Shown in pieces: positions 8,533 to 14,761 of a stretch of 14,761 nt of DNA. Numbering within the stretch: the first letter of the stretch is position 1; each line of letters starts with the position of its first letter. The translations under genes and the position numbers were made by a program. The notes below the pieces were generated by a model. The model was not told the DNA's origin. It saw nothing but the letters and a program-made list of their open reading frames with translations, and searched no databases. This DNA comes from Candidatus Thorarchaeota archaeon (GTDB lineage: Archaea > Asgardarchaeota > Thorarchaeia > Thorarchaeales > Thorarchaeaceae): the NCBI GenBank assembly GCA_003345595.1, contig PRDI01000031.1, forward strand, positions 1 to 14,761. Reading direction: 5' to 3'.

Positions 8533-8790
8533 GGAAAGTCACCTAGACTTCAGGCCATAGAAACGGAGTTTGCAGATGGCCGGAATCAGAGGCGGATGGA
8601 CGTCTAGGAGAGGAGTCTTCCCGCATTCACTCCTTTCTCCTCGTTCTCCTTCGGGAACTGCATTCTAGGGAATACCGCTACTTGGCGGCGGTCACATCAG
8701 TGTTTCCTGGGCTCAAGCATCGTAGGCCCGTCTTATGTGAAGAGACTTGGCACCGCAACTCCCACAAAGCCTCGATAGGCATGGAAGTGG

Positions 8791-8827
8791 TCATAGGCCA
8801 TTGATATTACTACCGAACCAAGGTTCG
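8791..8827. repeat. Copy 2 of the 29-bp direct repeat, ending in the inverted repeat CGAACC-AA-GGTTCG
   Basis: TCATAGGCCATTGATATTACTACCGAACC (8791-8819) is 25/29 identical to 4503-4531. Perfect 6-bp inverted repeat at 8814-8819/8822-8827. Confidence 0.8.
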
Positions 8828-8981
8828 TCAGTCAGCGTTGTAGGTAGGTGGCATAATCAGACGCTGTCTTCTCTTCACTAGGCAGACTAAAACCACGCGA
8901 GTCCATCTTATGATACGGACACGAAACTGATTTAGCACACGCATCTGACTACTGTTAGTGCCGGCTGAAAGAGGAATCAAG

Positions 8982-9788
8982 ATGAAGTGCTTCACGCTAC
9001 ACAGCTACAAAGGTGGCACTGGCAAGACTACTATTGCAGCCAATCTCGCTGTGATGCTCAGCCAGATGGGACGTAATGTGGCTCTCTTGGATCTGGACTT
9101 TCAAGCTCCGAGCTTGCACACACTCTTTGGCATCAGACCACAAACGACCTACATCAATGCCTACTTGGCCCAAGAGAAGACCCCGAAGGAGGTGCTGGTC
9201 GATCTGGCACCAAGTCTCAAACTCAAAGGCAGGCTCTTGGTCGGCTTTTCGGACCCCAATGTAGAGGCAATAAGGTCGCAGTTGGCACGCGACCGCAAGT
9301 GGCACATGCAGGCACTATCGCAGCTACTGAACCTCAAAGTGAGGTTGCAGGCTGAGGGAGCGGACTACATGATTCTTGATTCCGCACCCGGTGTACACTA
9401 CAGCAGTGTTAATGCTATAGTACTCTCGGACTTCACTGTCATAGTGGCCAAGATTGACAATTTCGACTTTGACGGGACTGTGAATGTGCTTGATGGTCTC
9501 TATACTCCTCTGAACAAACCGACACTCCTACTGTTCAACAAGGTCGTGCCGGCGCTCCTTGAGGAACCGCGGTATTCACAAGTACGAAAGACCATCGAAG
9601 ACACTTTCAGTTCAAAGACCAAGCTCATGGGATTCATACCCTGCTATTGTGATATCGCACTGGGAATGGGCAGCGAGATTCACGCGCTCACTCAACCGAA
9701 GATACCTTTTGTCCAGTCACTGAAGAAGATGGCTACAATACTTGAGAAGTGGCCGGGGCCGCAGGGGACAGCAAAAGGTGGTACCTGA
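8982..9788 (+). CDS. MinD/ParA-family (SIMIBI) P-loop ATPase
   Basis: Deviant Walker A HSYKGGTGKTT, switch I LLDLD, Walker B ILDSAPG, and FNKV. Start taken as ATG 8982 with GAGGA at 8971-8975 (ORF track uses GTG 8958). No obvious C-terminal amphipathic membrane-targeting sequence. Confidence 0.93.
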   Translation: MKCFTLHSYKGGTGKTTIAANLAVMLSQMGRNVALLDLDFQAPSLHTLFGIRPQTTYINAYLAQEKTPKEVLVDLAPSLKLKGRLLVGFSDPNVEAIRSQLARDRKWHMQALSQLLNLKVRLQAEGADYMILDSAPGVHYSSVNAIVLSDFTVIVAKIDNFDFDGTVNVLDGLYTPLNKPTLLLFNKVVPALLEEPRYSQVRKTIEDTFSSKTKLMGFIPCYCDIALGMGSEIHALTQPKIPFVQSLKKMATILEKWPGPQGTAKGGT

Positions 9789-10399
9789 TGATCAGAGCAG
9801 TGTACATCCTGATCGAAGGCGGTATCTGTATCTACAGCAGAGTATATGACACAGCACTAGCTGACTCAATGCTGATGAGCAGTTTCGTTTCCGCCATCAC
9901 TACGTTCAGCAGAGAGGCCATGGGCGATGAGCTGCGGGGGATTGAATCCGGTGGCCATTTTCTATTTGTGACCGACCACGACAAGATTTCCACAGTGATT
10001 GTCGCAGACACTCCTGGTGAAGTTAGCTCCAGTGTGATGGATTACATAGGGGTCAGTTTCCTGAGCATGTTCTCCGTCCATCTTCAGCACCAGATGAGTG
10101 ACACGTCAGTGTATCGCTCGTTTGATGAAGTGATTGACAGGATTGTTCCTCAGAAGGCGATTGCAGAGTCCAGAGTGGATCCGAGAGAGCCACTCGACGC
10201 TCTTAGCATCGTCGAAGTGCCAAGGTCAGTCAGGGACGCAGCGCTCGTTCTTCTCCGTAGACAAAGCCTGCAAGCCCAGCAGGCCGCCAGGGAGCTGTCA
10301 ATCGACATCAATGAAGCCGTTGAAAAGCTTGAGCGGCTAGTGAAGCTTGGTAAGGCCGGCCGCAAGGAAACGATAGAGGGTGTAGTCTACTTCATCTGA
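9788..10399 (+). CDS. Longin-like domain protein with C-terminal winged helix-turn-helix (203 aa)
   Basis: ATG overlaps the ATPase stop (TGATG 9786-9790), with SD-like AGGTGG just upstream. aa 1-120 fit the longin b-b-a-b-b-b-a-a pattern (IRAVYIL-GG-ICIYSR; DSMLMSSFVSAITTFSREAMG; three strands; helix; SDTSVYRSFDEVIDRIV). aa 135-203 fit a wHTH (AQQAARELSIDINEAVEKLERLVKLG + beta-hairpin ending VVYFI). Folds assigned by pattern recognition only. Confidence 0.75.
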   Translation: MIRAVYILIEGGICIYSRVYDTALADSMLMSSFVSAITTFSREAMGDELRGIESGGHFLFVTDHDKISTVIVADTPGEVSSSVMDYIGVSFLSMFSVHLQHQMSDTSVYRSFDEVIDRIVPQKAIAESRVDPREPLDALSIVEVPRSVRDAALVLLRRQSLQAQQAARELSIDINEAVEKLERLVKLGKAGRKETIEGVVYFI

Positions 10400-10426
10400 T
10401 TTCTGAGCGTACGATATATGCTCTGT

Positions 10427-10433
10427 CTTATTA
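10427..10433 (+). promoter_or_regulatory. Possible archaeal TATA box for a leaderless def transcript
   Basis: CTTATTA lies 25-31 nt upstream of ATG 10458, the spacing expected for a leaderless archaeal mRNA. No clear BRE. Confidence 0.3.
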
Positions 10434-10457
10434 GGCCAGGGCCATAGATAGGTTCTG

Positions 10458-10979
10458 ATGACAGTCAAGGACATACTGCTACTTGGAAACCCGAGGCTGT
10501 ATGAGGTGTCCAGCCGCGTAGACAGGGCAGAGCTGGATAAGCTGAGCTCTGTCATCCAAGATCTTCATGACACGATGATGGCCTTCAGAAGGAAGTATGG
10601 TGTGGGCAGAGCCATCGCGGCTCCTCAGATTGGCGTGATGAAGCGGCTTGTGTACTTGGAGATCGACAGGCCCGTGGTCTTCATCAACCCCCAGCTATCC
10701 AACAAGAGCCCTGAGATGATGGAGATATGGGACGACTGTATGAGCTTCCCGGACCTGCTTGTGAGGGTGTATCGCCACAGGCAATGCCGAATCGAGTTTA
10801 GGGGCGCGAAATGGGAAAGCAAGTCATTGGACCTTAAGGATGATATGTCCGAGCTCCTCCAGCATGAGTGCGATCACTTGGACGGTGTGCTTGCTGTTTC
10901 AAGGGCTATTGATGCGCGGTCCTTTGCCCTCACGAGCCAAAGGCACCTCCTACAGAACCGAGGGGTAAGCGGAGAGTAG
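10458..10979 (+). CDS. def: Peptide deformylase-family protein (variant motifs)
   Basis: ILLLGNPRL N-terminus, GRAIAAPQIG (motif 1 variant), FINP, WDDCMSFP (motif 2 variant retaining the metal Cys), QHECDHLDG (HExDH motif 3). Confidence 0.9.
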   Translation: MTVKDILLLGNPRLYEVSSRVDRAELDKLSSVIQDLHDTMMAFRRKYGVGRAIAAPQIGVMKRLVYLEIDRPVVFINPQLSNKSPEMMEIWDDCMSFPDLLVRVYRHRQCRIEFRGAKWESKSLDLKDDMSELLQHECDHLDGVLAVSRAIDARSFALTSQRHLLQNRGVSGE

Positions 10980-11064
10980 TCATGTTGTTGGGTTTCGACT
11001 TCGTTAGCAATTCTCTTATGCAGTTTTGTCCTCATGTAATGGTCGGCCAGCCGGGGTCTATTCC

Positions 11065-14000
11065 ATGAAGAGAAAAAGCGTTCTTATCCTTCTGGGCATC
11101 ATCTGTGGGACATCTATCGCGGCGGTTGTCTTGGGCTATGGCTGGTTACTGAACCAGATCATATACCAGCACACGTTTTCAAGTAAAGCGGGCGTTGATT
11201 ACTGGGCGACTTGGACCCTAGGAAACCGACTCTTCACAGCCTCTGCTCTTCTTACGCTCCTCAGTATGATTACACTACCTCAACGCTCGACATTCGTTGC
11301 ATTCATCACGGCGATATCTCAGATGGGCGGAACGGTCAGGCGCCTAGACTGGCCTTCGGCAGTTGCCTGGAGAGTGCTCGAGGCGTGTGGCTTCTTCGTA
11401 TTCTACGTTTCGACAGGCGGCTATTCGTTGACCGGCCAGAATGTAGCCTTTCTCATGATGATGCTGGATCTCGGCGCGATCTCGGTCACTCCAAATGATG
11501 TTGCGACTCTGTTCTCACTTCCTTTTGCTCCTGGCACATCTGCAGAATCGATTCAGAGTCTCGTGCCAGCCATGGAGGCATATCAGCTGTACATGGGACT
11601 AGTAGCGACCTTTCTGGCAGTCACTGCCGGTCGAATCGTGTTGAGCATTGCCACAGACCTCTTTGCCCAGAAGAGAGATATTCTGGAAGTCCTCTCCAAG
11701 GGTCTGCTCGTTGGTGCGTTGGTCTTGGCCATCGAGATCATGGGAGTACCGTTGTGGACTGTCAACGCAGGAACGTGGATGACATATCTGGCCTCTATCA
11801 TTGCCATGGGATCATGCATCGTGGGTTCGCTTGCACTTTTCGCATTTCGCGTCCGCTCTGGTGATGTCCGAACCCGGATAAGGGGGAAGATTACGCAGCT
11901 CGAGGAAGACCTGGCGAGGCTTCAAGGGGAGCTTCTGTCCGTTCGCCAAGAGTATGAAGGCGGGGCAATTGGTGCAGAGGATTACCGAAGCAAGGTCAAC
12001 ATGCTCTTGGAGGACAGATCAAATATCGCAGGCGAACTCAGACGGCTGAAGGTCGAAAGGCTCATACCAATTGGCGGCTCACCGCGCAGGTTCGGCTTGC
12101 TCGCAGTTGTTCTGATTGCGGTTGTTGTGATGCTCCCTGTAACGCAGGCATTCTATTATGGAATCCAAATGGATGGTGACAAGTTCATCGAATGGAAATT
12201 CGACCTTGAAACCCAGAAGGAGATTCAGCTGACAAGCTGGGCTGCTGGCACTCAGGGAATGAGCACCTTAACGCTGCGCGATCTTACACTAAACGCAACG
12301 CCTGAGAGTGAGTTGGAGTTCTTAACAACTGTGCGTCAGTGGGACCAAGATGCGAGTTACCTTCGGATGAAGAACCAAATAGGTGCCAACTGGATGCAGC
12401 TGGCTGACTCTGATATTACCTTTCTCCGCGAACATGAGTACTGGCTTGCCCCACTCACGCTCGACTATGACACTATTAGTACGAACTTCATCAACCAGCA
12501 TCTAATCTACACACACACAGAAGGTCTTGTTGTCCTCGATGCATATAGCGGCAACATCATCGAGAGCGACAACCTGGTCACACTGCTCAACCGTAGTGAG
12601 GGTATAGGCACCTACTATGGGGAAGGAATGGGGTTTGACGGTGTCGTGTTCGTCAATGTTCCCGGTTTTGACGAGGTCGGTAATGTCAGCTACCAGGGGC
12701 AGCCAGACTACACACTGAGAGGTTTCGAGTCATGGTTCTACATGCTCACAATGGGTCCTCAGGCTTGGTCCTTCCTTGGTCGTGACCTCAACATGCTCGC
12801 TCAAAGGGATGTCCTCTCGAGAGTCAACAGGATATTGCTGCAAGGTTTGGTTGCTGATTCGGACCCGTACATAGCGGTAGACCCTGTGGGTAATATCTAC
12901 TACGCGGTATCAGTATATGCCGACTATAAGCTGGCCACATCCTATGCCCGCGAGAACTACATGCGATTCATGGGCGTTGTTCTTGTTGATGTGGGAACCG
13001 GTGTCATGCGCTTCTACAGGTCTCCGACTGTGGACACAACATTCTTCATTGACAAGCTCTTCAGTGATTACTATCCTTGGCAGGAAACACCCTCTTGGCT
13101 TCAGTCACAGATGAAGTGGCCCGAGGATCTGTACGAGCGTCAACTCAATGTGGCCTACACATATCACGTTACAAACGGCTTCATCTGGAGAAGCGGAGTA
13201 GACTTCCATTCTGCACCTGGGGAGTATGACACACGGTACATCATCATGCGGATCGCAGGGGTCGATCGATTCGTTGCCACGCACAATGTGGAGTTTCTCA
13301 ACTCACCCGGAAAGAATCTCGCAGGTCTCTATGTCATGGGTTGTGGTGACAGAAGCTTCGGGCAGCTGACCTTCTATGGCTCAGGCAGTATTGGCTCTTC
13401 CACCCTCATTGGACCTGAGGCCGCGCGTCAGGCGTTTCTGACTAGCGATAACGTAAGGGATCAGCTGACACTCTGGGGCACTTTCAGGTATGGCAACATC
13501 CTGCTGTATCACTTGGGCGGAGAGGTGCTATTCGTGATTCCTGTCTTCCTTCAAGTGGAAACGACTGAGAACAGGGTGATTGAGAAGCTGGGCGGCGTGG
13601 GACTTGTCGATGCGGAAACAGGCTCCCATGTTGCGCTAGGTAGCAATGTGGTCGAGGCATACAGTCTGATGTTCGGGCTGTTGAACAAGACGACCACCTT
13701 GCCGGGTACGGTCGGGCTTGAGAGTGCGACCTTCAGTCCTGCGACTGTCCAATCCGGTTCTGCGTCAGAACTTGTCGCTCTCATGAGGAACAACGATAAT
13801 GTGACCCACAGTCTGTTCCTCGATGTGATAGTTGGAGCAGGCAACTTCTCGGTTCAGTGGCACGGAACAGAGGTTACCCCCACGCTATATCCCACGAACA
13901 CCACATTCACTCTTGACATTGGCATGATTGGTTCTACTGATCTGTATGGCACTTCGCCGAAAGTGACCGCCTATCTTCCTTCGGGGATTGTGTCTGCAAC

Positions 14001-14079
14001 CTATCTGGTCACTCTAGTGCTCAGGACGGAAGAAGGTGTGGTGGACGAGCTCAGCCTATTCATTACAGTCGTCGTATAG
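11065..14079 (+). CDS. UPF0182-family integral membrane protein, archaeal type, with coiled-coil insertion and C-terminal Ig-like extension
   Basis: Several hydrophobic TM segments in the N-terminal ~370 aa, then a large soluble region with VRQWD, HLIYTHTEG, YYGE, DPY, YMR, P-x-DLYERQ...YHVT, NLAGL, GNILLY-x7-FVIPVF, recalled as UPF0182 hallmarks. Start moved to ATG 11065 (MKRKSVLILL). Confidence 0.82.
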   Translation: MKRKSVLILLGIICGTSIAAVVLGYGWLLNQIIYQHTFSSKAGVDYWATWTLGNRLFTASALLTLLSMITLPQRSTFVAFITAISQMGGTVRRLDWPSAVAWRVLEACGFFVFYVSTGGYSLTGQNVAFLMMMLDLGAISVTPNDVATLFSLPFAPGTSAESIQSLVPAMEAYQLYMGLVATFLAVTAGRIVLSIATDLFAQKRDILEVLSKGLLVGALVLAIEIMGVPLWTVNAGTWMTYLASIIAMGSCIVGSLALFAFRVRSGDVRTRIRGKITQLEEDLARLQGELLSVRQEYEGGAIGAEDYRSKVNMLLEDRSNIAGELRRLKVERLIPIGGSPRRFGLLAVVLIAVVVMLPVTQAFYYGIQMDGDKFIEWKFDLETQKEIQLTSWAAGTQGMSTLTLRDLTLNATPESELEFLTTVRQWDQDASYLRMKNQIGANWMQLADSDITFLREHEYWLAPLTLDYDTISTNFINQHLIYTHTEGLVVLDAYSGNIIESDNLVTLLNRSEGIGTYYGEGMGFDGVVFVNVPGFDEVGNVSYQGQPDYTLRGFESWFYMLTMGPQAWSFLGRDLNMLAQRDVLSRVNRILLQGLVADSDPYIAVDPVGNIYYAVSVYADYKLATSYARENYMRFMGVVLVDVGTGVMRFYRSPTVDTTFFIDKLFSDYYPWQETPSWLQSQMKWPEDLYERQLNVAYTYHVTNGFIWRSGVDFHSAPGEYDTRYIIMRIAGVDRFVATHNVEFLNSPGKNLAGLYVMGCGDRSFGQLTFYGSGSIGSSTLIGPEAARQAFLTSDNVRDQLTLWGTFRYGNILLYHLGGEVLFVIPVFLQVETTENRVIEKLGGVGLVDAETGSHVALGSNVVEAYSLMFGLLNKTTTLPGTVGLESATFSPATVQSGSASELVALMRNNDNVTHSLFLDVIVGAGNFSVQWHGTEVTPTLYPTNTTFTLDIGMIGSTDLYGTSPKVTAYLPSGIVSATYLVTLVLRTEEGVVDELSLFITVVV

Positions 14080-14082
14080 GAA

Positions 14083-14760
14083 TCAGACGGCGGCCTGACG
14101 ATACCAGTCAACAGTGCGGCTCAGGCCCTCGTCCAGTCCTACTCGGGGCGTGAAGTCCAAGATTCTAGCGGCTTTCTTCATGGCGCCGATGCTTTGTCGT
14201 ACATCGCCTTTCCGTGGCGGCATATGTATTATCTTAGAGGTTGAACCAGCCACGGCCTTGATCCTATTCGCTAGGTCGAGAATGCTTGTCGAGTCTGTCC
14301 CAGAGATGTTGATGGTCTGTCCTTTCGCTTTCGGCGACTGAGCCGCAGCATAAGTTGCCTCTACAACATCGTCCACATAGATGAAGCTTCTAGTCTGGCT
14401 GCCATCACCCTCTACAGTGATTGACTGGTTGTTGAGCGCTTGGTTGATGAATATCGATATCACGCCACTGTAGGCCGAGTAGGCCTGCCGCGGTCCATAC
14501 ACGTTGAAGTACCGCAGAATGACCGGCTCTATCCCATGGATGTTACCATAGGCTTTGAAGTAGGACTCTGCAGATATCTTGGACGCTGCATAGGGACTGA
14601 GAGGATTGAGCACGCTCTCCTCGGTGACTGGCAGTCGGGTTGGATTTCCATAGACGGCAGCGCTTGAACTCAGGACTGCTCGTTTCGCATTTCTCGTCCT
14701 CGCTAACTCTAGCACATTCAGCGCTGACGTGACATTGCTATTATGGACAATGAGGGGATT
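14083..14760 (-). CDS. NAD-dependent NDP-sugar epimerase/dehydratase (extended SDR; GalE/WbpP-like), N-terminus outside window
   Basis: Frame is open to the window edge (NPLIVHNSNVTSALNVLELAR...). Motifs SSAAVYG, PLSPYAASK (YxxxK), LRYFNVYGP, GDGSQTRSFIYVDD, RKGDV. Convergent with UPF0182 across a 3-nt gap. Confidence 0.95.
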   Translation of the reverse strand, partial: NPLIVHNSNVTSALNVLELARTRNAKRAVLSSSAAVYGNPTRLPVTEESVLNPLSPYAASKISAESYFKAYGNIHGIEPVILRYFNVYGPRQAYSAYSGVISIFINQALNNQSITVEGDGSQTRSFIYVDDVVEATYAAAQSPKAKGQTINISGTDSTSILDLANRIKAVAGSTSKIIHMPPRKGDVRQSIGAMKKAARILDFTPRVGLDEGLSRTVDWYRQAAV

Positions 14761-14761
14761 C

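Noticed and set aside
8492-8545. SECIS-like element (minus-strand ATGA followed by a stem)
   Set aside because: No opposing GA for the quartet, no apical AA, and no gene here has an in-frame UGA at a Cys-equivalent position.
8678-8802. Short minus-strand ORFs after repeat copy 2 (MPIEALWELR..., 34 aa; MAYDHFHAY..., 22 aa)
   Set aside because: Too short, with no recognisable motif or SD; cannot be supported as genes.
8737-8878. 9-bp inverted repeat GTGAAGAGA/TCTCTTCAC as possible MITE ends
   Set aside because: A match of this length is expected by chance in a gap of this size, and no target-site duplication is evident.
4839-8957. Diversity-generating retroelement (TR/VR) acting on the surface protein
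   Set aside because: No reverse transcriptase in the window, no intergenic copy of the coding sequence, and the repeat differences are not adenine-specific.
47-14667. Numerous 60-194-aa alternative-frame and antisense ORFs in the ORF track
   Set aside because: They overlap well-supported genes and show no motifs; interpreted as shadow ORFs.

Overview
Archaeal chromosomal window, most likely Asgard and possibly Thorarchaeia-like. This is an inference from an archaeal-type iPGM, an archaeal-type UPF0182 protein and a longin-like protein; no database was searched. Left to right it carries: 5'-truncated enolase plus apgM; a minus-strand nucleotide-sugar dehydrogenase and a Cys-rich 4Fe-4S protein; a 1217-aa membrane-anchored, sequon-rich surface protein built as 2x[7-repeat beta-propeller + FN3]; a 0.49-kb hairpin-rich gap; a translationally coupled MinD/ParA ATPase and longin-wHTH fusion gene pair; a divergent-motif peptide deformylase; a UPF0182 membrane protein; and a truncated NDP-sugar epimerase. 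The best candidate for an undescribed system is the ATPase + longin-wHTH operon. A 29-bp non-coding direct repeat (25/29 identical, 4503-4531 and 8791-8819) brackets the surface-protein gene, and its second copy lies upstream of that operon. No rRNA, tRNA, CRISPR array, transposase, integrase or reverse transcriptase was recognised.
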